From positions 340,849 through 404,848 of the forward strand of contig CAVZVB010000014.1 in the NCBI GenBank assembly GCA_963778625.1: DNA of 64,000 nt, given 5' to 3'. The position numbers and the translations under genes were made by a program. The DNA comes from an uncultured Alphaproteobacteria bacterium (GTDB taxonomy: Bacteria > Pseudomonadota > Alphaproteobacteria > Rhizobiales > Afifellaceae). The notes beneath the pieces were generated by a model. The model made no database searches, was not told the DNA's origin, and saw nothing but the letters and a program-made list of their open reading frames with translations. Below are positions 11,659-21,033 of this stretch, piece after piece; positions within the stretch are counted from its first letter, which is position 1, and each line of letters opens with the position of its first letter.

Positions 11659-11964
11659 GAAAGCTCCTGTGAGTTTGGCGAGGCTGCACAGGAGGTTCCC
11701 GATCGGCCGCAACGATTCTCGTTTGGCAAGCGTACGTAACCGTACGTTCGCTGCCGGCAAGGTAGATGTTTCTGGCCACTTTACAATGAACGGCTGCGAT
11801 ATTGCCGCGCGGCATGATCGACAGCCGGCTCATTCTCGATCCACCGAATCGCGGCAATGTCGCCGATCCAGGGTTGCCGCGAGGCCGAGAATGCCCGCCG
11901 CTTTGCGCTTGTCGTCGATCCGATTCCGCTATGCCGCGCAAGGCTTAAGACGCGTATTTCAGGC

Positions 11965-13356
11965 TTAGAGCTCGACCGCTTCGCCGGTCGAAGGCATCTC
12001 GACGTGCGTCGACGTGAGCTTGGCCGCGAAGCGCTGCATCGTCTCCTCCTCGCCGTGGACGAGGAAGGTGCGGCTTGCGTGCGTTTGCCTCTGCCAGGCG
12101 AGCAGCTCCGCCTGGTCGGCGTGGGCGGAGAAACCGTTGATCGTGTGGATGCGGGCTTTGACCGGGATGCGCTCGCCGAAGATGCTCACCTCTTTCGCGC
12201 CGTCGATGATCTGCCGGGCGAGCGTGCCCTTCGCGGCAAAGCCGACGAAGATGACGCTTGAATCGTGGCGCCAGAGATTGTGCTTCAGGTGATGGCGCAC
12301 GCGCCCGCCGGTACACATGCCCGAGCCGGCCATGATGATGGCGCCGCCGGTGATCCTGTTCAGCGCGATCGAACTCGGCTGTCTCGCGCACGAAGTGGAG
12401 CCCGGGCAGGCCGAAGGGGTCGCGTCCCTCGCGGAAGAGCGCCATGGTCTCCTAGTCGTAGCACTCCGGATGGCGCCTGAAAATCTCGGTCGCCGAAATC
12501 GCCATCGGCGAATCGAGGAACACCTGGATCGATCGCGACAGCGCGTGCTTCTCGGTGCCCTCGCGCAGATAATAGAGAAGCTCCTGCGCGCGCTCCAGAG
12601 CGAAGGTCGGGATGATGACGTTGCCGCCGCGCCGAGAAGGCGTCGCCGACCGCGGCGTAGAGCTCCTCGACCGACGGCGGCAGCGGCTTGTGCAGCCGGT
12701 CGCCGTAGGTCGATCTCCATCACGACCACGTCGCTTCGCGGCGGGGTCGCGGGATCGCGCAGGATCGGCCGGCCGGAATTCCCGAGATCGCCGGAGAACA
12801 GCACGCTGCGGTGCCGATCGCCTTCCTGAAGCTCGAGGAAGACGCTCGCCGAGCCGAGGATGTGGCCGGCATCGAGAAAGGTGGCGCGAATCCCGGCGGC
12901 GAGATCGAGCGGCTTGCCGTAGTCCGCGTTGCGTCCGAAGAAATCGAACGTTCCGAGCGCATCGACGACGGAATAGAGCGGCTCGCCGTCGGCCTTCCGG
13001 CGGCCGTGCCGCGCCGCCTTCCGCCATCGATGCCGCGAATCCTCCTCCTGCAGGTTGGCGGCGTCGAGAAGCACCAGCCTCGCAAGCTCGCGCGAGGCGG
13101 CGGTGGTGATGATCTCGCCGTGGAAGCCTCGCTTCACGAGCAGCGGAAGGCGCCCGCAATGGTCGAAATGCGCATGCGTCAGAAGCACGATGTCGATGGC
13201 CGCGGCGTCGAAGCCGAAGGGCTCTGCGTTGTCCTCCTCGATCTCGCGGCCGCCCTGATAGAGACCGCAATCGACAAGGATCTTGCGGCCGGCACACTCG
13301 ACCAGGTGGCACGAGCCGGTGACGCCGCGATCGGCGCCGTGGAAGGACAATTTCAC
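11965..13356 (-). pseudogene. MBL-fold beta-CASP RNA-metabolising hydrolase, disrupted (>=3 frameshifts plus in-frame TAG)
   Basis: The N-terminus (MKLSFHGADRGVTGSCHLVECAGRKILVDCGLYQGG...HAHFDHCGRLP) and C-terminus (NRITGGAIIMAGSGMCTGGRVRHHLKHNLW...) lie in one frame. The middle segment GNVIIPTFALERAQELLYYLREG...HPECYD lies in another frame and ends at a TAG at ~12449-12451. The sequence continues ETMALFREGRDPFGLPGLHFVRETAE in ORF 11945..12445. Confidence 0.8.
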
Positions 13357-13428
13357 GACGATCTCCTCCGGCGGCTGCGCGCGCTGCTGACAGCCTGCGA
13401 TTTCAACGAGCGAGCGAGCCTTCCGGCA

Positions 13429-14412
13429 TCATGCCTCGCGCGCGCTTGGATAAAGCGGCGTGCCGCTGGCGCTGTGCCAGCTCAAGATGCCGTCCCAGAT
13501 CTCCTCGCCGTCTCCGCGAACCAGAACAGCTCGCGGTCCTCCAGGTCGATGACGCCTTCGTCGACGAGAAATCCGATATCGACGGCGCGCTGCCAGATAG
13601 CTCTCGCCGACGAGCACGACGGGGATCGGCTCGATCTTGCGCGTCTGGATCAGCGTCAGCACCTCGAACAGCTCGTCGAAGGTGCCGTAGCCGCCGGGAA
13701 AAGCGACAAGCGCCCTGGCGCGCAGCAGGAAGTGCAGCTTGCGCAGCGCGAAATAGTGGAAGTTGAAGCAAGCTCCGGCGTGACGTAGGGGTTCGGATAT
13801 TGCTCGTGCGGCAGGCGGATATTCAAGCCGACGGACTTGGCGCCGAGGTCGAAGGCGCCGCGATTGGCAGCCTCCATGATGCCGGGGCCGCCGCCGGTCA
13901 TGATGACGATCTGATCCGTCGCCGCGGCTCGCGATTGGCCTCGCTGACGAGGCGCCCGAATTCGCGCGCCACATCGTAATAGCGGCTCTTCGCAAGGATG
14001 CGCTCGGCGACGGCGAGCCTATAGGCGCGCTCTGCGTTGCCCGGATCGGCGGCCAGCGCGGCGCTGCAGCGCCTCGACCTTGCGCCGTGCCGCCATCGGC
14101 TCGCAGATGCGGGTCGAGCCAAAGACGACGATGGTATGCTGGATGCCGTGCTCGGCAAGCAGCAGCTCGGCCTTCAGATAATCCATCTGCAGGCGCACGC
14201 CGCGCACGTCATCGCGGTGCAGGAAGTCCACGTCCTCTTCCGCCAGACGGTAGTTCGGCGACGCGAGGATCGCCTGCGACATGCGCGAGCGCGTCCGGGT
14301 CTTCCTCGACCGTCTTCGGCTGCTGCCACGGCAGCGGCTCGCGCCGCTCGCGCGGATGCGCGGGCTTCGGCACGCCCGGCTCGCGGATCGATCGCCGGGC
14401 TCTTCGTGTTCA
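13429..14412 (-). CDS. LOG-family (TIGR00730) Rossmann-fold nucleotide-binding protein, multiply frameshifted
   Basis: Conserved pieces are spread over four frames: [135 protein letters not shown], and [55 protein letters not shown]. Confidence 0.75.
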
Positions 14413-14534
14413 TCGTCTCCCTGCCTTTGCTGCGCAACGACGGGCTTGGCTATTAGCCTTTTCCGGGTGCGGATTGAATGCCTGCCTTCGGCGAGCTCGT
14501 TGGCGAGCGACGGGATTCTGAGGATGGCGAGCGG

Positions 14535-15990
14535 ATGACCACGACGCGCCGATCGCAATCCAAGCGCACCAGCGGACTGCCGGCGCCGCTTCTTGCCGCG
14601 CTCTACCTCGCGGCGGTTGCGGTGCCGCTGGCGCTTGCCGGCTTCTCCGGCATCGAATCGGCCGGGCCGTGGAGCGAGGCCGCGACGGCATAGGCATCGT
14701 CGGCACCGTCATGCTGTTCCTGCAGCTGGTGAGCAGCGGCCGGTTCGAGAGCCTCTCCGGCCGCATCGGCATCGACGTCACGATGGCGTTCCACAAATGG
14801 GCGGCGCGGCTGACGGTCGTCGCCATCCTCTTGCATCCGCTCCTCTTCGTCGCTCCGATCGATCTCCAGCAGCCCGGCGCGCCCTTCAACCATCTCGCCG
14901 CGATGCTCTCCGCGCCGCGCTATCTGAGCGGCGTCGTGGCCCTCGTGCTCGTCGTCACCGTCGTCCTCCTCGCCACGCTCCGGGACCGGCTGCCGGTTCC
15001 CTACGAGGCGTGGCGCGCAAGCCACGGACTGATGGCGCTTGCCGCCGCCTGGGCGACGATGCAGCACCTCGGCGCCGTCGGCACCTATTCAAGCGACCGC
15101 TGGCTTGATCGCCTACTGGCTCATCCTTGCGCTCTGCGCGACTGCTGCAGCGCTTGGCGTCTACACGATCCGCGCATGGCGCATGCGCAGTCAGGGCTGG
15201 CGCATCACCGACCGCCGGCAGATAGCCGAGCACCTTTGGAAGATCACGGTGACGGGCGCCGGCGACGAGCGCCTTGACTTCAGACCTGGCCAGTTCGCAT
15301 GGCTGGCTTTCGCGCCGCGGCGGTTCCCGCTCTTCGATCATCCCTTCTCGATCGCCTCGGCCTCAGGCGATGGCGGAACGCTCAGCTTCATCATCCGCGA
15401 GGCCGGCGACTTCACCGGGAAGATCGGCTCCCTGCCGATCGGGACCGCGGTCGGCATCGACGCCCCGCACGGCAGCTTCACCCTCGACGGGATCGATGCA
15501 GACGCCGTCCTGCTCGTCGCCGGCGGCGTCGGCATCGCAGCCGTCGTCGGCCTCCTCGGCGCGCTCGCCGAGAACGGCGATCACGGCCGGTCCGCCTCAT
15601 CTGCGGCGCGCGCGAGCCGCAATCGCTGATCGCACCGGCTGAGCTTCAGCCGGCCCTCGACCGGCTCGACGCGCGCATCTTCTTCCTCGTCGACACGCCG
15701 TCGGAGGGATGGGCGCACGGCATCGGGCCGATCTCGAAAGCGCGGCTGGCGGAGGCGCTTGCCGGCCTCGACCCGCAGCGGACGGCCGCCATGATCTGCG
15801 GTCCCGGCCCTATGATGACCGCCGTCACCGACGACCTGCACGCGCTCGGCGTGCCATATCGCAATATCCGCTACGAGCGCTTCGACTACGCCGGCGGCCG
15901 CGCTCCGGCAAGGATCGCCGCGTCATGGCGAGTTTTTGGGCGATGGCGCTGGCGATTGTCGCGGCCGGCGCCGCCTTCGCGCTGCGCTGA
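14535..15990 (+). CDS. ferric-reductase-like transmembrane domain + FAD/NAD(P)-binding oxidoreductase (multiply frameshifted)
   Basis: Ferric_reduct-type TM helices with His (AARLTVVAILLHPLLF...), an FAD-binding segment (RPGQFAWLAFAPRRFPLFDHPFSIASAS) and an NAD-binding segment (LLVAGGVGIAAVVGLLG ... ICGPGPMMTAVTDDLHALGVPYRNIRYERF). These are split over ORFs 14478, 14669, 15039 and 15299. Confidence 0.7.
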
Positions 15991-16362
15991 GCGTCACCTC
16001 TCGAGCAGAAACGCGATCAGGTCCGCGCGCATGGCCGCGATCAGGCGCGTGGTGCTCCGGCAGGAAGGCGGCGAGCCACGCCGCTTTCTCCTCCGCCGTT
16101 CCGCCGTCGATGCGGCGCGCGATGCGGGCGGCGGAGGCGTGGCATCGCGCGCAGGCGCTCGCATAGGCGGCCTCGCCGCCTACCGGATCGCCTTCCGCCA
16201 TCGCTTCATTCCGAGCGCTCCAAGAAGCGCCAAGAGAACCAGAACACGGCTCATCAGCACGCTGCCTTCGATCATCTGACAATGGTGATCGTCTCCGCCG
16301 CCCTCGTGATCGCGGTATAGAGCCAGCGGTCGCGCGTGTCCCGGAAGGCGAAGCTCTCGTCG
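15923..16362 (-). CDS. possible small c-type cytochrome (CxxCH), frameshifted; weak
   Basis: A signal-like N-terminus MSRVLVLLALLGALG (ORF 16180..16383) and a CARCH haem-binding motif in ORF 15923..16282. It overlaps the 3' end of the helicase gene by ~90 nt, which lowers confidence. Confidence 0.3.
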
Positions 16363-17393
16363 AAGAGCACGATGTTGTCCCATTGCGAGCCTTGCGCCTT
16401 GTGCACGGTCAGCGCGTAGCCGTAGTCGAACTCGTCGGTGCGGCGGCGGCGGTCGAAGGGCACGGCCTCCGGCCCCTCCTCGAACATCGCCTTCAAGACG
16501 CGGATCTTCGCGGAGGTGCCGTGCGGCCCCTCGTCCTCCGACTTCACCAGCATGTTGATCGCCTGCCCGGCGCGCGTGCCGACCGAGGAGACGCGCCAGA
16601 GCCCGCCGTTCAAAAGCCCCTTCTCCGAGCTGTTCCTGAGGCAGACGAGCTTGTCGCCGGCGGCGGGAAGCAAATCCTCAAAGCCCTTCAGCGCGCGGAT
16701 GCGGCGATTGAAGTTCTGCCTGGTGCGATTGCGGCCGACGAGCACCTGGTCGGCGGAAAGCACGTCGTCGGCTTCGATCTCGTCACGCGTGATGACGCGG
16801 CTTTCGCCGTAGCTGCCGTAGTCCGGCTTGCCGCCCTCGCGCACGGTTTGCGAAAGCGCGATGATCGGGTTCTCGCGCGCCTGCCGGTGGATCTCGGTCA
16901 GCATGACGTCCGGCGCATGTTCGGTGAAGAAGCCGGCGCCGCCCTCCGACTTCACCGGCGGGAGCTGGCCCGGATCGCCGAGCACCAGAATCTTGGTGCC
17001 GAAGGAAAGCAGGTCGCCGCCGAGCTTCTCGTCGACCATGGAGCATTCGTCGACGATGACGAGCTTCGCCTTCCTGACCTCGCTCGAACGATTGAGCGCG
17101 AAGGCAGGCTGCAGCTCGCCCGTCTCCTTCTCCGCCTTCTCGCCACGCGGGCGGTAGATCAGCGAGTGAAGCGTGCGCGCGTTGGCGCAGCCGCGATTGC
17201 GCATCACCTGCGCGGCCTTGCCGGTGAAGGCGGCGAAAAGAACGTCGCCGCCGCAATCGTCGGCGATCCTCTTCGCCAGCGTCGTCTTCCCCGTGCCGGC
17301 AAAGCCGAAGAGGCGGAAGACCTGCGGCATCGGCGATTTCAGCCAGCGCGCGACGGCTTGAAGCGCTGCGTCCTGCTGGGGTGAGACTTCCAT
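16272..17393 (-). CDS. compact RecD/Dda-like SF1 DNA helicase (AAA_30/UvrD_C_2 type), 373 aa
   Basis: Walker A FGFAGTGKTT, LVIVDECSMVD and VLGDPGQLPPV motifs, and the C-terminal motif YALTVHKAQGSQWDNIVL. It appears intact. Confidence 0.85.
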   Translation of the reverse strand: MEVSPQQDAALQAVARWLKSPMPQVFRLFGFAGTGKTTLAKRIADDCGGDVLFAAFTGKAAQVMRNRGCANARTLHSLIYRPRGEKAEKETGELQPAFALNRSSEVRKAKLVIVDECSMVDEKLGGDLLSFGTKILVLGDPGQLPPVKSEGGAGFFTEHAPDVMLTEIHRQARENPIIALSQTVREGGKPDYGSYGESRVITRDEIEADDVLSADQVLVGRNRTRQNFNRRIRALKGFEDLLPAAGDKLVCLRNSSEKGLLNGGLWRVSSVGTRAGQAINMLVKSEDEGPHGTSAKIRVLKAMFEEGPEAVPFDRRRRTDEFDYGYALTVHKAQGSQWDNIVLFDESFAFRDTRDRWLYTAITRAAETITIVR

Positions 17394-17403
17394 CCGCGCG
17401 GCG

Positions 17404-17580
17404 CTATTCCGACACGGGTCTGCGGCGCGCCCTTTGGGCAGCCCATGCGCGGTCGCACTTGAGGCGCCTCAGTGCATCGATCACCGAGATGCGCACGACC
17501 TCCGTCAGTGTCGTATTCCACCGCCGAGCCAGTTCGCGAACCATCGCGTCCGCCTCGGGGTCAGAAATGTGGATCGTCAT
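17404..17580 (-). CDS. ribbon-helix-helix antitoxin-like protein (PSK/Rv0623-like VapB family), 58 aa
   Basis: Below the 60-aa ORF-track cutoff. Reverse translation gives MTIHISDPEADAMVRELARRWNTTLTEVVRISVIDALRRLKCDRAWAAQRARRRPVSE. The stop lies 10 nt upstream of the helicase start. Confidence 0.5.
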   Translation of the reverse strand: MTIHISDPEADAMVRELARRWNTTLTEVVRISVIDALRRLKCDRAWAAQRARRRPVSE

Positions 17581-17652
17581 TCGTGACTCCAGATGTCAGC
17601 TACCTAACACCTGGAGTGGAACACAACAAGAACCTGCTCCTCCCAACCGGCG

Positions 17653-18066
17653 CTATTCCACCATCTCGCAGCAGCCGGTGCCCTGCACTGTCATCGGGTG
17701 GCTGGAAAGCGCGCCCTGGGTGTAGGTCACCGTCACGGAGAAGCCGGTCTGCTCGTCGTTCGGCTTGGTGCAGCTTTGGCCGACGATATTGGCGACAAGC
17801 GAAAGGGGAGCATCGGTCGTCACCTCGAAGTCGTTCGGGCTTCCCTGCAGGAGGCAGCCGTCGACAACAAGCGGCTCGCTCTGCCAGTTCGGGTTCTCCG
17901 GATCGACGAAGCTGACGGCGTGGCCGCTGTCCACGCCGGTCGTGAACTGCCAGTTCGGCTCGAAGCCGTCGCATTTGAATTTGAAGCCGAGGCAAAGGTC
18001 GGCGGCGCCGGCGGGCGCCACGCTGACGGCCAGAGCCAAGATCGTCGCAACGCTGATACGCAACAT
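17653..18066 (-). CDS. secreted hypothetical protein
   Basis: ORF 17653..18135 with internal start MLRISVATILALAVSVAPAGAADLC (signal peptide). Six Cys in the mature part. No family recognised. Confidence 0.5.
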   Translation of the reverse strand: MLRISVATILALAVSVAPAGAADLCLGFKFKCDGFEPNWQFTTGVDSGHAVSFVDPENPNWQSEPLVVDGCLLQGSPNDFEVTTDAPLSLVANIVGQSCTKPNDEQTGFSVTVTYTQGALSSHPMTVQGTGCCEMVE

Positions 18067-18183
18067 CAGGCTTTCCTCCCCGTCCCGGCACATGCCGGAT
18101 GCTCGCATTACGAGCGGGGAATTTGGCCCGAACATGACGGCGGCGCCGAGATGTCCCGGCGCCGCCTCAACAACGATCTGCGC

Positions 18184-19355
18184 TCAGCGCTGCGGCGGAT
18201 GCCGCATGAAGGCCGCGCGCAGAATCTCAAGCCTGATCCCGAGCACGCGGGACGCGCGACGCAGGTCGGGCGGCGGCGCGCCGACAGCCTGCCGCAGCGC
18301 CTCCACATCGACGCCGAGGTCGTCAGCCACGGCGGCGAGCACATTGCCGCCCGGCCCGCCGGGGCCTCCCTGACCACCGGGGCCGGCCTGGCCGCCGGGG
18401 CCGCCCATCGGCGGGCCGCCTGCGCCACCGGGCCCAAGGCCCGCATTCGCCGGCCCGGCACCGCCTGATGGGCGCGGCGCCCGCACCGGCGTACCGCGGA
18501 AGCAGCCGACCGAGTAGGGATAATCGTCGGTCATGCGATAGTGGTACATGGTGACGAGCTTGCCGTCCCACATCACCGGGCCCACGAGGCCATGACACTC
18601 GTCGAGGTCGGCATTCGTGACCTTGTGACCGTCCGCTTCGTAGGGCCCGTAGATGCCGAAGCCGTCAAGCGCGTAGCCGATCAGCTCGCTGCCGCCCGAC
18701 GCGTCGCGCCCATGCGGCAGGCACGGCGTCAGATTGTGGTAGTGATACTGACCCCCCTGCTGCGGATGGCCGCCGCATTTGTCCTGCACTTCGTGCGCGG
18801 GCGCGTCCCGACCACCGGCATCGACGGCGTTGTAGATCGCTCCGCCGACGAGCGTGAAGCCGATCATCCCCATCGGCACGCAGCTCGCATGGGCAGCGAT
18901 CTCGGGTCGGCAGGCAGGCGAAGCAGGATATTCTGCTCGCGGATCCTGTTCGGGTTGCGAGCGTAGCGAAAGGCGGGGTCGCTCGGGGAGACCGGGAAGA
19001 CGCCGGTCGCGTGGGTCGGCAGGTTGTTCGCCCTGACAACGCGCGTGTCGCCCTCGCGCGTCGCCGAAACCTCGGCATTCGGCCAGTAGACGTTTCCGTC
19101 GATGGTCGGTTTTTGGCTGAGGTCGTAGCTGCCGCCCGTGATCCACGGAACGCTTGCCCGCGCGCCGGCCGCGGCCGCAGAGAACTGCTGCTGGCACGAG
19201 AACAGGTAGCCCCGCTTCGGCGCGTTGGAAATCTTGCCGTCGCCGAGGGCGTGCATGTCGTGCGCTGCCGCACCCGGTGCCGCGGCGAGCGCGGCGAGAA
19301 GCGCCGCGGAAGTGACGAGCGCCGCCACTGTCGGCGCCGAAAGATTACGGGTCAT
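18184..19355 (-). CDS. YHYH-motif secreted protein with Gly/Pro-rich repeat region (frameshift ~18900)
   Basis: Signal peptide MTRNLSAPTVAALVTSAALLAALAAAPGAAA (ORF 18864..19355) and GGHPQQGGQYHYHNLTPCLP (YHYH motif) in ORF 18184..19197. A GPGG low-complexity run precedes the C-terminus. Confidence 0.7.
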
Positions 19356-19519
19356 GCTTTCGTCCCTTCATTGTCATCGCTCCCTCTCGGGGCGAGAGCT
19401 ACGGGACGGCTCGCCGACGTCAATCCCAGGTGGCAGGGGAAATCGTAACGAATTGTCGTAGGCGGTCGAGGAGCTACGCTTTGCGACATTTTTTCCACCG
19501 TTAGCGCCGAGGGCAGTCT

Positions 19520-20110
19520 CTACATCGCCTCCACGCCGCGCCCCAAAGCGGCGACGCCGGTGCGGCAGACCTCCACCAGGCCGAGCGGCTGCATGATGGC
19601 GACGAACTGCTCGATCTTCGAGGTGCGGCCGGTGAGTTGAAAGATGAAGTGCCCGGTCGTCGCGTCGACGACCTCGGCCTTGAAGGCGTCGGCAAGGCGC
19701 AGCGCCTCGATCCGCTCGACGCCGGTACCGGCGACCTTGACCAGCGCCAGCTCGCGCTCGAGCGGCTTGTCCTGATTGCGCACCAGCGCAAGCGCCGTGA
19801 GATCGGTCACGCGGTGTACGGAAACGAGGCGGTCGAGCTGACTCCTGATCTGCTCGAGGATCGCCTTCGTGCCGGTCGTTACCACGGTGATGCGCGAGAG
19901 GTGCTGCTCATGCTGCGTCTCCGACACGGTGAGGCTCTCGATGTTGTAGCCGCGCCCGGAGAAAAGACCGATGACGCGCGCGAGAACGCCCGGCTCGTTG
20001 TCGACGACGACGGAGAGCGTGTGCGTCTCCTTCGGATCGTGCCTGTCCTCGATGAAATAGGCGGAGGCGGGCGGCAGGACACCGGGATTGCCGGTCGGTG
20101 TGTCGTTCAT
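19520..20110 (-). CDS. ilvH: acetolactate synthase small (regulatory) subunit
   Basis: C-terminal 196 aa of the long ORF 19520..22849: MNDTPTGNPGVLPPASAYFIEDRHDPKETHTLSVVVDNEPGVLARVIGLFSGRGYNIESLTV..., with ACT and ALS_ss_C domains. Confidence 0.95.
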   Translation of the reverse strand: MNDTPTGNPGVLPPASAYFIEDRHDPKETHTLSVVVDNEPGVLARVIGLFSGRGYNIESLTVSETQHEQHLSRITVVTTGTKAILEQIRSQLDRLVSVHRVTDLTALALVRNQDKPLERELALVKVAGTGVERIEALRLADAFKAEVVDATTGHFIFQLTGRTSKIEQFVAIMQPLGLVEVCRTGVAALGRGVEAM

Positions 20111-21021
20111 CTGGGCGTCTCCACGATTGAATATCTCGGCTGCCGCAGCGCTCCGCGCGAGATGGCGACCCCGAGAAGAATGACGGCGAGCGCAGTCAGC
20201 GCCGAAGCGGGCGGGCGCTCGGAGAGGATGACGAAGGCCCATGCCACCCCGAAGAGCGGCACGAGGAAGTTGATCTGGCCGAAGAAGCCGGCGCCCTGGC
20301 GCCGCAGGATCGCGAGCATCAGGAGGCTCGCGAACCCGGTCGGGAAAAGGCCGAGTGCGAAGAGCGCCAGCCACGCCACGCCGGTCGGATGCAGCGTCCA
20401 CGGCGCTTCGAGCACAAGGCTCACCGGCAGGAGCATGGCCGTTCCGGCAAGCAGGATGGCCGCGGAGACCGTGTAGGAATCGCCGCCGGCGATGCGCTTC
20501 GTCACCACCGCGTTCACCGCGTAGCAGAGCGAAGCGCCAAGCACGGCGAGCTGGCGCGTGGTGTCGCCCCCAAGCGTGGCGAGCTTCTCCGGGCCGATGA
20601 GGATGACGAGCCCGACAATCCCGAAGCCGACGCCGATCAGCTTGTTGATTGTGAACGGCTCGTTCCCCGCAAAGCGCGCCAGGATGAGCGTCAACAGCGG
20701 CATGCCGGCCATCAGGATGGCCGCCAGCCCGGCATCGATGCGCCCCTCGCCCCAAGCGATCAGCGAGAACGGCAGGGCGAGGCCGAAGAAAGCGGACAGC
20801 GCCGCCGTCACCCAAAACCGCGGGTCGACGGGCAGCCGGCGCCCACTGAGGTAGACGATCGCCACGAACACAAGCGCCCCGATCACCACCCGCGCCGCCG
20901 TCACGGTGATGGGCGGCACGCTGCCGATCGCAAGCTTGATCAGCATGAACGACCCGCCCCAGATCGCGGCGAGCGCGACCAGGAGCACGTAGTCGGTGGC
21001 GCGGGGAAGCGGCGTGGCCAT
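20107..21021 (-). CDS. DMT-superfamily (EamA-like) transporter
   Basis: 10-TM EamA-type sequence MATPLPRATDYVLLVALAAIWGGSFMLIKLAIG... Its stop overlaps the ilvH start (ATGA), and its start lies 12 nt after the ilvI stop. Confidence 0.85.
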   Translation of the reverse strand: MATPLPRATDYVLLVALAAIWGGSFMLIKLAIGSVPPITVTAARVVIGALVFVAIVYLSGRRLPVDPRFWVTAALSAFFGLALPFSLIAWGEGRIDAGLAAILMAGMPLLTLILARFAGNEPFTINKLIGVGFGIVGLVILIGPEKLATLGGDTTRQLAVLGASLCYAVNAVVTKRIAGGDSYTVSAAILLAGTAMLLPVSLVLEAPWTLHPTGVAWLALFALGLFPTGFASLLMLAILRRQGAGFFGQINFLVPLFGVAWAFVILSERPPASALTALAVILLGVAISRGALRQPRYSIVETPR

Positions 21022-21033
21022 GATCGCGTGCCG

